Assembly (NCBI GenBank): GCA_963726455.1 | Contig: CAVSCK010000005.1 | Location: 480,001 to 544,000 of the forward strand | From: an uncultured bacterium | GTDB taxonomy: Bacteria; Zixibacteria; MSB-5A5; CAIYYT01 | Direction of reading: 5' to 3' | Length of the DNA stretch: 64,000 nt | Shown: piece after piece, positions 31,230-40,986 of the stretch | Numbering within the stretch: position 1 is the first letter of the stretch | Layout: each line of letters opens with the position of its first letter | Program-made: the position numbers and the translations under genes | Notes under the pieces: generated by a model | Database searches by the model: none | What the model saw: only the letters and a program-made list of their open reading frames with translations | What the model was told of the DNA's origin: nothing

Positions 31230-31416
31230 GGGATAGGAGCACGTTGGGTCGGTTGCGAAACTGAACCGCGGCCGAAACCCGCTTCCCGTTGCCAATCCCG
31301 AACGATCGTCTCCAACTCAACCAGGAGGAGGAGGAGCCGATGTTCCACACCGACGAACCTCGCACCGAGTACCCAAGCCGGTGGCTCGAAACCTCATAAT
31401 TCGAGCCACTTTTTTT
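31230..31416 (+). ncRNA. Candidate ~185-nt rod-shaped ncRNA (6S-like), containing a 19-codon sORF
   Basis: Own promoter and terminator; 5'/3' pairing GTCGGT/ACCGAC, GAAC/GTTC, CGGC/GCCG, GTTG/CAAC, GGG/CCC. Confidence 0.5.
31381..31416 (+). terminator. Intrinsic terminator
   Basis: GTGGCTCGAA..TTCGAGCCAC-TTTTTTT. Confidence 0.88.
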
Positions 31417-31607
31417 GTGCCCACGAAGCATCCCAATATCTTGCTCAGACCGAATGTCGGGTTTCTCTTCCCGTGGATTCGGAGAGGCGTGTCGAATGAG
31501 GGAAGCGAATGTTGGTGACGGCATTCGTGTGCGGCTGATACGGGACTCGGAACGCCGACCTACGGGACTACACGCCAAGCTTTTGTGAATCAGCAATGAG
31601 GGAAAAT

Positions 31608-32621
31608 CTATTTGAGCAGAATAAATAGCACCGCCGCGAGGGCAACAATCAGAATCGCAATCCACAACAGCGGGCTGATGTCGTGCTTCTTCCTGACTGG
31701 CACGGTGAATCCGACCGTGCTGCCGGCCGGTTGAGGCGGCGCCTCGGTTGTATCCGGGAACTTGCTGTGCGCGATTTGCTCGATCTGCGCTAGTTCCTTG
31801 TCGGTGCCCCAGTCGACGGTGGCGCGCCTGATCTCGTCGAAGTCCGGAATCTCTCCCTGCTCGATGACCCTGGCTATACAGACTGTGATATTATCAGAAC
31901 CACCGGCCTCATTGGCCTTGGCAATCAAAACCTGCGCCAGTTGATTAAGATCATCCGCGCCGGCATTGGCAGCTTTGAGAATCTCGGAGTCGGAGATCAT
32001 TCCGCATAAACCGTCGGAGCAAAGCAGGAACAGATCGTCCTTCTGGAATCGAATTTGCGAGATGTCGGTCTTGATCGTCGGCCTGGTTCCCAGGGCGCGG
32101 GTGATCACATTGCGATTGACGAGATTCTCCGATTCTTCCTCGGTCAAATGATGTTTTTCCATCACCTCGCTGACCCAGGAATGATCGATTGTCACGCGCC
32201 GGATATTGCCCTGGCGAATCAGATACGCCCGGCTGTCGCCGACATGGCAGATCGACACCACTCCGTTTTGAAAATGGCATGCCACCACCGTCGTGCCCAT
32301 CCCCGAACGCTCGGTTGACTCTTTCGCCACTTCGATAATGCGATGGTTGGCGACGGCAATCGCGCCGACCAGCAGTTTGCCCTCGGGTGAAATCTCCTCC
32401 GGATAAGGAAGGCCGTCAACCGCAAAGAGCTGCAGGTCCTGATCCTTAAAGATCGCCGAAATGGTTTCGACCGCCATCTCGGAGGCGACCTCGCCGGCCG
32501 CATGGCCGCCCATGCCGTCGCAGACCATGATCAGGTTTACTTCAGGGATTACCGCGTACGCGTCTTCGTTATGATCGCGTACCTTGCCGACGTCGCTGGC
32601 GCCGGCGTAAATAATTTGCAT
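31608..32621 (-). CDS. PP2C/PPM Ser/Thr phosphatase, tail-anchored
   Basis: 'RDHNED', 'CDGMGGH', 'VGDSR', 'CSDGL', 'DNIT'; C-terminal TM. Confidence 0.94.
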   Translation of the reverse strand: MQIIYAGASDVGKVRDHNEDAYAVIPEVNLIMVCDGMGGHAAGEVASEMAVETISAIFKDQDLQLFAVDGLPYPEEISPEGKLLVGAIAVANHRIIEVAKESTERSGMGTTVVACHFQNGVVSICHVGDSRAYLIRQGNIRRVTIDHSWVSEVMEKHHLTEEESENLVNRNVITRALGTRPTIKTDISQIRFQKDDLFLLCSDGLCGMISDSEILKAANAGADDLNQLAQVLIAKANEAGGSDNITVCIARVIEQGEIPDFDEIRRATVDWGTDKELAQIEQIAHSKFPDTTEAPPQPAGSTVGFTVPVRKKHDISPLLWIAILIVALAAVLFILLK

Positions 32622-32630
32622 CGGTTTTCG

Positions 32631-33704
32631 TTACCTCATCAGCAGGATCAGCACAACAATAAGTGCAACAATTACGGCCGCAAGAATCATTATCCATTTC
32701 GGATTGATCGGACTGGAGGTTCCCATCGGCGCGAAATTTTCCTGTCCGCGGAAACAAAGCCGCATAAAGACTTCGCCCGAGGGCGCGGGTATCGAGATGA
32801 TATCCTCCGGGGCGATGAACTCCCGCTGTCCCGGTTCAATGATCTTGCGATTAACGAATGTACGCAGCTGACTGCGTTTGTCGGTCAGATACAGTCCCTC
32901 ATCGGTAGAGGTAATGACGCAATGCTCGCGCGAGATTGCCGATTCGGGTTGCCCCTGTTCGTCGTGGTCAAGCACCAGGTCGCAAAGTCCGCGTTCGCGG
33001 CCGATCAAGTACTCCTGGGTGTCGATCTCAAAGGCACGTCCCTTGTGCTGACCGCTTAGAACGCACAGTGTATAGACTGAACTGATCTTCTGTTTCTTCG
33101 GCTGCCGCGGAGGCTCCTGTTTCGGTGGTGGTGAAGGTGGATTGGGACGGACTGGACCGGCGTCGCGATGTTCCACCGGCGGCGGCGCCATTCTCTCCTG
33201 CTGTGCCTGTGCCGCCATTTCTTGCGAATTAATAATGACCGTTGCGCGCTCGCCTCTCCTGGCTGCCGGCTTCGGTGGTTCGGGAGCAGGGACAGGCGCC
33301 GGCGGTTGGGGTGTCGGCTCGACAACCGGTATTGCCGTCGCGGTAACTTGAACTGTGGGTTTCGGCGGTTCCGCCACGACCTGTACCGGCTCAACTGCCG
33401 CTACCGACGGTTGGATCTGATAGGTCACGACCATCATGTAATCGAGAAATCCGACCTTGTCGCCTTCCTTCAATATCACGCGATCGCCCGCGACAGCGCC
33501 GTTGATCGTGAACGACATATCGCGCACGCGCGATTCGATTTCATAGCCGGACGGCTGCTTGGCGATAAAGAACAGATCGCCTTCGATTCCGGGAGTCTCC
33601 AATTGCAGGTCAACCGTGCCGCCCGAGCCGATGCGGGCGATGTTGCCGTCGAATTCGAAGACCTTAAGATTCACGCCATTCCTGAGAACAATGAACTTTG
33701 CCAT
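32631..33704 (-). CDS. FHA-domain protein (degenerate FHA, Pro-rich linker, FHA, TM)
   Basis: 'YLIGR...ISREH' FHA motifs; C-terminal hydrophobic anchor. Confidence 0.85.
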   Translation of the reverse strand: MAKFIVLRNGVNLKVFEFDGNIARIGSGGTVDLQLETPGIEGDLFFIAKQPSGYEIESRVRDMSFTINGAVAGDRVILKEGDKVGFLDYMMVVTYQIQPSVAAVEPVQVVAEPPKPTVQVTATAIPVVEPTPQPPAPVPAPEPPKPAARRGERATVIINSQEMAAQAQQERMAPPPVEHRDAGPVRPNPPSPPPKQEPPRQPKKQKISSVYTLCVLSGQHKGRAFEIDTQEYLIGRERGLCDLVLDHDEQGQPESAISREHCVITSTDEGLYLTDKRSQLRTFVNRKIIEPGQREFIAPEDIISIPAPSGEVFMRLCFRGQENFAPMGTSSPINPKWIMILAAVIVALIVVLILLMR

Positions 33705-36130
33705 TATTTCTTCTTTATTTTCAGCGTCACCACATACGTCTGGCCGCTTTTGACTTCCTGTTTCTGGTCGTCCGATTTGTAATCGGGATGGTTCGAGATG
33801 AATTTGTATTTGCCCGGATTAAGATTGAGTGTGAGCATGCCGTCCTTGTCGGACTTGCCCAGGTCGACGTTCTGTTTCTGTTTCTGATTGGCCGGTTGGA
33901 ACTCGGCCGTAATCGCTACGCCGCCAACCGCTACTTGCTTGTTGTCGATCACTACGATCTTGACCTGCCCTTTGCCTGCAGAGGATTCCACCACTGCCGG
34001 CTTTTCCTCTTTCTTCTCCTTCTTGGCGACAGGGCGCATCATCACGACGAATGAATTCAACGATGCCGAGATCGAAGTATCAACATCCGAATATCCATCC
34101 GCGCTCACACTGACACGGCAGACGACACCGGGCAGACGAACTTCCGTTGGAGTGTTCTGGCCTATCGAACTCGATTTCCCCTCGTAACTGACTGTCTTCA
34201 CTCTGCCGTTTACCGAACTTCCCGTAGCCACATCCTGCGCGGAAATCGCGACATTGCGGAAAAGCAGCGTTCGGTAGATCGGCTTGCGTGTCGCAATCGC
34301 CGGTATCTCCAGCGATGCATCGTCGAACCCCGCCTTGCGCAGGGTCAGCATGGTCGCCGCATCCCCAAAATCGGATTTCATCGGGGTCGTTCCGATCTCG
34401 GTTGCAGAACCGGCAATTATCACTGTTGCGCCTTCCGGCACGGTCACTACTTGCGTCTTTGGTTTTTCCGAAAACGATCCACTGATCTGGATGACATTTC
34501 CCGACAATTGGGCAACTTCATAGCCGGTGGCCGAGAAACTCGAAATATCGGCAAGGTTTATCGTGCCGGAACTCAGCACCGGTTTGCTTTGGATTTCGAG
34601 TGTCACCTGCAGAGTATCAGTTGGTGAGGCGGCGAACCGATATGGTGTAGTTTCCGATATCTCCTTGCCGTTGACCGTAATCTTGGCGCCTACCGGTGTT
34701 GAATTGATTTCGACCAGTGCCTTAAGATGAATGGGCGCTTTCTCGAACTGCTCGAAATTGACCGCCAATTGTGTATCCGGGCAGCATTTGCTCTTCAGGG
34801 TCAGCTTGCCACCTTCCTTGGCAGAGAATGTCAGCGGAGTCACTCCCAAAAGCGAATCGCCGGCATAAACTTCGGCGCCTTCGGGAACCGTCGCCAGTTT
34901 GCCGGTCTTCATTTCCGACGCCGTGGTGCTGATCGCCGAGCCACCGCTCTTTTGTGTCACCTTCTTGATAGTAATGGCCACCACCGCGACGAAGAGAAAC
35001 ATCGCGACGATACTTAGCACCAACACCGTTCTGCTGCCGCCGAAGCCCCCGCGCTTGGCGCGTTTCAGGCGTTCACCGTAAGGTGTTTTGGAGATGCGCG
35101 TTTCCTGACCGGGACGATCCCTGCGCCCGCCTTGGGAATCGGATGGCGTTTGATCACTCATCGATTTAGTTCCTTCTTCTAATTCAGCCCGGGTGAATGC
35201 CCGGGTTCGCACGATCTGCCGTTCCTTTTCGGAATACGACTGCAATTTAGGCACGGCAGCGAATTTATCAACAACTTCTCTAATTGTTTTATCGGGCGCC
35301 GAAAGACGATCGCGCAGCAGCCGGTCGATTCTTTCGGCAAATTCCGCCGCCGAGTCAATCCGCTGCTCCTTACGTAGTTTCAGGCAACCGTCCAATAGCG
35401 CAATCGTTTCTTTACTGACGCGCGGTCCCAGAGGCGACAAATCATAAGTTCCGCGCACGATCTCGGCCATCAACTCCGACACATTGTGCTGCGGAAACAG
35501 CCGCTCGCCGGTTATCAGTTCATAGGCAACCACACCCAGACTGAATAGATCGGAGTGTTGGTCTACCGGCGTGCCCTGTATCAGTTCGGGCGCCAGGTAA
35601 GCCACGCGGTCCGCCGTCCGGATTTCCCCGGACGTCGGCAGAACGAAATCCACGACGCGTACGTTGCCTGATTCGGTCAGATGAATCGTTTCCGGATTCA
35701 GCCCCAGATGATACAGGCGCAAGGCCCTGCCGGAAACATGGTCGCGCAATCCGTGCGTGGAAGCCAACAGATGTGCCACCTGGCTGATGACATAAAGCGA
35801 CAACTCCGGCGGGAAATCAATTTCCTGAAAATGCCGCAGCAGTCGACCGAGACTGACCGATCTGGGTGCGTCCGTCAGGACAAAGATGGAATTGTCTTCG
35901 CCGCGACGATGGGACACGAACTGCTCGGCGTTGGGATGATTCAATTCCGCCAGGGCAAACGTGGCTGCCAGGTATTGTTTGACATCGAGACTATCCGACC
36001 AGGCGTGTCGCGAAATCTCCCGCACCTGCACGTTTCGCGCCAATTCCAGATCGCGGGCGATGTGAACCGCGCTCCACTTGGTTTCGTGGAGAATCCCCTG
36101 GAATTCGAACCGTTCATCGAGTACGCGCAT
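33704..36130 (-). CDS. Hanks-type Ser/Thr pseudokinase, TM, extracytoplasmic PEGA repeats
   Basis: Kinase fold ('HPN', 'YLAPE', 'SDLFSLG', 'YELITG') with catalytic motifs lost; PEGA 'TVPEGAEV..LGVTP', 'STPVGAKI'. Confidence 0.88.
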   Translation of the reverse strand: MRVLDERFEFQGILHETKWSAVHIARDLELARNVQVREISRHAWSDSLDVKQYLAATFALAELNHPNAEQFVSHRRGEDNSIFVLTDAPRSVSLGRLLRHFQEIDFPPELSLYVISQVAHLLASTHGLRDHVSGRALRLYHLGLNPETIHLTESGNVRVVDFVLPTSGEIRTADRVAYLAPELIQGTPVDQHSDLFSLGVVAYELITGERLFPQHNVSELMAEIVRGTYDLSPLGPRVSKETIALLDGCLKLRKEQRIDSAAEFAERIDRLLRDRLSAPDKTIREVVDKFAAVPKLQSYSEKERQIVRTRAFTRAELEEGTKSMSDQTPSDSQGGRRDRPGQETRISKTPYGERLKRAKRGGFGGSRTVLVLSIVAMFLFVAVVAITIKKVTQKSGGSAISTTASEMKTGKLATVPEGAEVYAGDSLLGVTPLTFSAKEGGKLTLKSKCCPDTQLAVNFEQFEKAPIHLKALVEINSTPVGAKITVNGKEISETTPYRFAASPTDTLQVTLEIQSKPVLSSGTINLADISSFSATGYEVAQLSGNVIQISGSFSEKPKTQVVTVPEGATVIIAGSATEIGTTPMKSDFGDAATMLTLRKAGFDDASLEIPAIATRKPIYRTLLFRNVAISAQDVATGSSVNGRVKTVSYEGKSSSIGQNTPTEVRLPGVVCRVSVSADGYSDVDTSISASLNSFVVMMRPVAKKEKKEEKPAVVESSAGKGQVKIVVIDNKQVAVGGVAITAEFQPANQKQKQNVDLGKSDKDGMLTLNLNPGKYKFISNHPDYKSDDQKQEVKSGQTYVVTLKIKKK

Positions 36131-36351
36131 GTCTTCTATATTCCCCTGCTCATACTACGCCGCCATCCGGCTTCGCGGAATCCTCATGATCTTCAATCCG
36201 TTATTATATTAACGGATTCCCGTAGGATTTCTGCAATAATACGTTGCCGGGGAAAATAGTCAATCTTCAACACAAGTGGGGGTGTCCTGGCAAAAGAACG
36301 GGCGCAGCCATTGCAGCCGCGCCCACATATGTTGAAATGCTATGCGTGAAT

Positions 36352-37329
36352 CTACATGCCGTAACAGTGCGGAGCGGGTCCGCCGGCGAATATGTATTGA
36401 ATCAAATACACGACATCGGATATGTCATACGCTTGGTCACCGTTTGCGTCACCGTACCCGCCTTGATAGTTGCAGTCACTACTCCCCGGAGCTCCGTCGC
36501 ATCTCGCAACGATGCATTGAAGCGCGAAGACGGCATCAGAGATGTCAAAGGTGCCATCCATGTTCGCGTCGCCGCACGCGGTGCAACACTGATTGTGAGT
36601 CAAAACCGGAGTGTAATACGGCTTCTGATTGGTCACCAAGACGGTGCTGCCGAACGGAGCTACGTAAGAAGTGTCGTAGTCGATCAATTGTGACGGATCG
36701 CCGTTGAGGATGCGCACATTCAGTTTACAGAGCAGAGCATTGCTGAATACAGGAGGGTTAAGTCCGTCCAAAACCGCCACGAGTACTACCTGATTTGTTT
36801 CAGGATAGAATTCAGGCCATAGACTCATGACAGCGACCTGAGATCCCGCCGTGCTCACCGATGTCACTTCCACGTTATCATTCAGGTAGCCCAAGACAAT
36901 ATTCAGCCCCACAACGCCTGGAATCGTCGTTATTCGAATGGGTACTGCAATGGAATCGTTACCCGGATATCTTTCAATAGGCCAGCAATCGATTCTGATT
37001 TCTCCGCCGGTCTCGGTTGGGCAAGCAATGGGGTTTCCGCATTCAAACGGCGGGCCTGTCCAGTAACGGACGTACCGACTAAACAGAATTAAGTCCGGGG
37101 CAGCAACACCGCCACAGCCATCGATCTCTCCGCAAGTGTCGATGACAGTGCCTCCGCCAAAGAAATATTGAATGTAAAAAACTCCGTCCGTAATATCAAT
37201 TGCGCCATCATGGTCTGCATCTCCGCAACTTGCGCAAGCGGCCTTTGATTGAGCGAACGCTGTTCCGGTGACTACCAGTGAAAAAATCAGCCCCAAGGCC
37301 AACGTCAGCAACAGTACTCTGCCATTCAT
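36352..37329 (-). CDS. Secreted dockerin-cohesin-like-dockerin protein
   Basis: Signal peptide; N-terminal 'CGDADHDGAIDITD'; central 'NDSIAVPIRI..VEVTSVS'; C-terminal 'CGDANMDGTFDISD..GGPAPHC'. Confidence 0.85.
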   Translation of the reverse strand: MNGRVLLLTLALGLIFSLVVTGTAFAQSKAACASCGDADHDGAIDITDGVFYIQYFFGGGTVIDTCGEIDGCGGVAAPDLILFSRYVRYWTGPPFECGNPIACPTETGGEIRIDCWPIERYPGNDSIAVPIRITTIPGVVGLNIVLGYLNDNVEVTSVSTAGSQVAVMSLWPEFYPETNQVVLVAVLDGLNPPVFSNALLCKLNVRILNGDPSQLIDYDTSYVAPFGSTVLVTNQKPYYTPVLTHNQCCTACGDANMDGTFDISDAVFALQCIVARCDGAPGSSDCNYQGGYGDANGDQAYDISDVVYLIQYIFAGGPAPHCYGM

Positions 37330-37471
37330 GGTACCTCCCGTGGACTTCTACATGCTCGATGTCTGCCGATTGTATTCAAACCTGCCGGCAACCAGACCAG
37401 GCACCGCCCAATCCCTGAGGGCATACCCCAAAGGCATATCGAGAAATCAGCAGACTTGTCAGTGCAGAAAT

Positions 37472-37500
37472 AATATAGGGGGACAGGTCGTTTTTAGCAA
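37472..37500 (-). promoter_or_regulatory. Sigma70 promoter with structured leader
   Basis: TTGCTA-N17-TATATT; 11-bp stem in the leader. Confidence 0.65.
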
Positions 37501-37549
37501 GAGCCGTTCGGCTTCCAGGAGTGACCCTGTCGCAATTGCTACAGGATAG

Positions 37550-39124
37550 TTACCACCACACCTGCTTGCCGCTGTCGATCGTGAAGACACGCTCATCTTT
37601 ATCTGAACCGGTCGCCACCAGCCAATACAGACAACCGCTCGGCACCTTGTCGAAGGCCAGCGGTTCTTTTCCGGCGACGGCTTTACCCAACGACTGCCAA
37701 CCGTCTTTCCAGTAAAGCAGTTCGTATTCTTTGCCTTCCGCCGGCGCCTGCTTCACAACTCCGTCAGTCGAGATTTCGAGAACGCGCGCGGTGGTCGAAG
37801 TCAGTTCCAATCGTGAAGTGGCTCCTGGTTGTGGCTCCAACCAGGTCAGTTTGCCGTCATCGTTCAATGTAAACGGCGCGCTGACCGGCTCAATCTTCTC
37901 ATTAGTATAAAGTCCGACCAACAACACCAGACCGCGCGCCATGTTAGTGAATGTAACTTTGCCATCCGCTGTGCATCTGCCCCATTGAATTGGCTTCCAT
38001 TCGCCTTCGTTGAACACACAGATGTAGGCGATATCGACCGAGTCCGGAATCGGCTTCTTGAGTTCCACCGTGACATCACTCACCGGACCATACTCGGCCG
38101 TAACGTCGATGTAGTTCTTGCCCGCCAGCCAGGGCGCGATCTTCTCCTGTTTGTGCGTCTGAAAGACCAGGTTTTGCGGCTGCAGGTCATACGTCTTGCG
38201 GTAAACCTTGGCGTACTTATGCGCCAGTCCATATTCACCCGGATTTGCCTCGGCGCCCATAAACGGAATCACTTTACCATCAGGCGTCAAAATCGCATTC
38301 CAAGCGTGGTTGTTGCCGCAGTTGGCCCAATAGGGCGTGTAGTCACTCGTAACAGCCAGGCCGTTGGCGCGCATGGCATAGATTGTTGCGTTGGTCATGT
38401 CCTCGCAACGCCCCTTATGGCCGCTCAACATCTCCGTCATTCCCTGATCCGTCGGATGGAAATAATACCGCTCGTCAAACGAGAACCACGTCTTGACATC
38501 GTTGTTGATCAGCTTCGACGCCTCCAGCGGATCGGTCGAATCCTTCATCTTGCCCGGCAGGTCGCGATACTTAAGCAGAAACGTCTCGCGCCATTTTTCC
38601 AGCGGCTCGTTGCTGCCGCGATAGGGGAGCACGTATTGACAGAACTGTTCGAACGTCAGTTTCTTTGCCCATGGCTTTTCGCGCCAGGCCACAAACGCCT
38701 TGTCGATCTGGTCGATCAGGAAATCGCCTGTGATGACGTCCAGGTCTTCTTTCGCCTCTTTCTTGTCGTAGTCAACCGTGCCATGCTTCTCTTCCAAGCG
38801 CTTGAAATCGGCCGTCAGAGAATCATAATTCGGATATGCAAGCGGATCAAATTCCAGGGCCTTGCCCAGCGTGTCTTTCCAGTAATAGGTCACATAGCTG
38901 TGCCCTTCCATATTTCCGATCAAAAAATACGCGGCTTTCAGCTTCAGCGAATCGTCCGCAGAATTGTAATGCGAAATCACCTTCTCTAGTTCGGCGCTGT
39001 TCGCGCCCGCTTTCTTTAATGCTCCGGTTACGTTGTCAGGATATTGTGCTGCGTCCGATTGGCCGATCATGGCACCGGTCAACAGCAGCAACATCAGCAT
39101 TACCGTGGATACGTACTTATTCAT
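37550..39124 (-). CDS. Secreted transglutaminase-like domain protein
   Basis: Signal peptide; 'AAYFLIGNM', 'YVLPYR', 'GRCEDM', 'NHAWN'. Confidence 0.82.
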   Translation of the reverse strand: MNKYVSTVMLMLLLLTGAMIGQSDAAQYPDNVTGALKKAGANSAELEKVISHYNSADDSLKLKAAYFLIGNMEGHSYVTYYWKDTLGKALEFDPLAYPNYDSLTADFKRLEEKHGTVDYDKKEAKEDLDVITGDFLIDQIDKAFVAWREKPWAKKLTFEQFCQYVLPYRGSNEPLEKWRETFLLKYRDLPGKMKDSTDPLEASKLINNDVKTWFSFDERYYFHPTDQGMTEMLSGHKGRCEDMTNATIYAMRANGLAVTSDYTPYWANCGNNHAWNAILTPDGKVIPFMGAEANPGEYGLAHKYAKVYRKTYDLQPQNLVFQTHKQEKIAPWLAGKNYIDVTAEYGPVSDVTVELKKPIPDSVDIAYICVFNEGEWKPIQWGRCTADGKVTFTNMARGLVLLVGLYTNEKIEPVSAPFTLNDDGKLTWLEPQPGATSRLELTSTTARVLEISTDGVVKQAPAEGKEYELLYWKDGWQSLGKAVAGKEPLAFDKVPSGCLYWLVATGSDKDERVFTIDSGKQVWW

Positions 39125-39175
39125 TATTCCTCCAGAGCATAGAACTACGTGGCCACCTGCTTGATATTCAGGCAG

Positions 39176-40936
39176 CTACTTGATAATCATCACGCCGTAC
39201 GTGTCGGCATTATAGTCAATGGGCGCCTGCCAATCGGCAGAACTCTGCAAGCGCGGTTCCTTGCGGCGGAAATTGAGCCGCCATTCGTCGCCCGATTTCA
39301 AGCTCGCGCCGAACTGGCTGACCGGAATACGCGCCTCCATCGCCCACGAGCCGCTCCCCTTGGCCGTCTTGACATCAATAATCGCATTCCAGCTCTTGTC
39401 CGCCGCAACAAAACCCATGGCGTCCTTGGTGAGCTTCTGGTCGAAGATAGTACCCAGCGGATTGATATAGATCTGATACACCGCACCGCCCGCGACCGGC
39501 TCAAGGAAGAATCCGACACAGTCCTCGGCAGAAATCAGCGCATCTCGATCAGTGAGCTTGGCGCGCAACGAATCGATTTTCGGATCCGTGCATTGTGCGG
39601 CGAGGTAGAGATATTCCTGATCGTGGGCAAAATAGAATTTGACGGGATCGATTGTCATCTCACTACCGTCGGGCGCAAAGAACCGCGCGACCGGATCATG
39701 CCAGCAATTTTCGGTGATCGCACCGTCGAGCCGTGGCGGAGTACCGGCTTCATAGCAGATCACTTGCCGGCTGACCCGGATATCATTCTTCACGACTGTC
39801 TTGCGATCTTTTCCCAGACTGAACGGAAACTCGACCGTCGGCACCGGATAGAGCTTACCGGCGCTGTGCACACGAAACGAGAACGTTTTCGTTTCGCCCG
39901 CAGCCAGCTTGACTTCCATCACAGCCGGTTCAATCGTCCAATCGGACGGCAGCTTCCAGCGCAGACTGTCGGCCACTTCTTTTCCGGAGAACCTGTTGTT
40001 GATCCGTACTTCGACCGTCGTGTCTTTGACAGTCAAGTCATTAGCAACCGGCACGGTCGCCACAACCGCCAGCCCCTGACTGCGAATACTATCGAGGGCA
40101 ATTTGTTCTGTGGTAGTGAAATCATCCCAGGCCAGCACCGAACCGGACTTGATCGGCGCGATATGGATACCCAGACTGTCGACTGTCACCCAGGTAAAAT
40201 GGAATTGTATCCCGCTCGGTCCGGGGTCGGTTGCTCCTCCCGAGCTGCTGACCGTCGTGTACATGATTCCATCGCGCATGCCGCTGAAGTACTCATGAAA
40301 ATGTCCGTTGAATACAGCGTCGACGCCATACCGCACGAACAACTTGTGCAATGTATCCGGCTTGCTCTGTTCGATCGATTCGAACCAGAAGGGTTTGTGG
40401 AAGAAGACGAAACAGTGCTCCGCCATCTCGTTTTGCTTGAGATCGTCGGTCAGCCAATCCATTTCCGGCTTCGGCAGCGTATCCTCGAATTCCCAGCGGC
40501 TGACATCAAGCACGATGAAATGCGAGCCGCCGTAATCAAACGAATAGTATGGCTTCCCCGCATACAGGCGATACCACGGTTCCATCGCATCGTAAGTTAT
40601 ATCATGGTTCCCCGGCGTGAGATAAAGTGGCGATGGCAACGGCTTGACAATCGAATAGTATTCCCGCCACTGCGCTGCGACTTCCGTCGAATCGGTCGAA
40701 TAACCCTCGATTTGGTCGCCGACCGTAATCGAAAAATCAGGTCGCAATCGCGCGATCTCGGCAATGATTTCCTCGTACACGCCCGGCACATGTCCGCCGG
40801 TGCGGTCGCCGATAATGGCAAACCGAATCGTCGCATTACGTGGTCCAACTTCCTGTTTGGTCGCGGGAGTTGCCGCCAGTACTACCGCAATCAGAGCCAT
40901 TACCAAGAGTGTCAATATCAGGAATCTTCTCTTCAC
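39176..40936 (-). CDS. Secreted calcineurin-like metallophosphoesterase with C-terminal CBM9-like domain
   Basis: 'IIGD', 'VGD', 'PGNHD', 'HKP', 'GHFH'; 'PRLDG..W', 'WAMEARIP'. Confidence 0.85.
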   Translation of the reverse strand: MKRRFLILTLLVMALIAVVLAATPATKQEVGPRNATIRFAIIGDRTGGHVPGVYEEIIAEIARLRPDFSITVGDQIEGYSTDSTEVAAQWREYYSIVKPLPSPLYLTPGNHDITYDAMEPWYRLYAGKPYYSFDYGGSHFIVLDVSRWEFEDTLPKPEMDWLTDDLKQNEMAEHCFVFFHKPFWFESIEQSKPDTLHKLFVRYGVDAVFNGHFHEYFSGMRDGIMYTTVSSSGGATDPGPSGIQFHFTWVTVDSLGIHIAPIKSGSVLAWDDFTTTEQIALDSIRSQGLAVVATVPVANDLTVKDTTVEVRINNRFSGKEVADSLRWKLPSDWTIEPAVMEVKLAAGETKTFSFRVHSAGKLYPVPTVEFPFSLGKDRKTVVKNDIRVSRQVICYEAGTPPRLDGAITENCWHDPVARFFAPDGSEMTIDPVKFYFAHDQEYLYLAAQCTDPKIDSLRAKLTDRDALISAEDCVGFFLEPVAGGAVYQIYINPLGTIFDQKLTKDAMGFVAADKSWNAIIDVKTAKGSGSWAMEARIPVSQFGASLKSGDEWRLNFRRKEPRLQSSADWQAPIDYNADTYGVMIIK

Positions 40937-40986
40937 GATTTTGCCTCCATACTTTTCATAATGTCATTCCGAAGAATTGATGCGCC

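Noticed and set aside
31230-31380. c-di-GMP, c-di-AMP or cobalamin riboswitch
   Set aside because: Consensus motifs not matched, and no same-strand gene follows the terminator
31039-31665. 208-aa minus-strand ORF
   Set aside because: Ser/Arg-rich non-protein-like composition; crosses promoters, a terminator and a repeat
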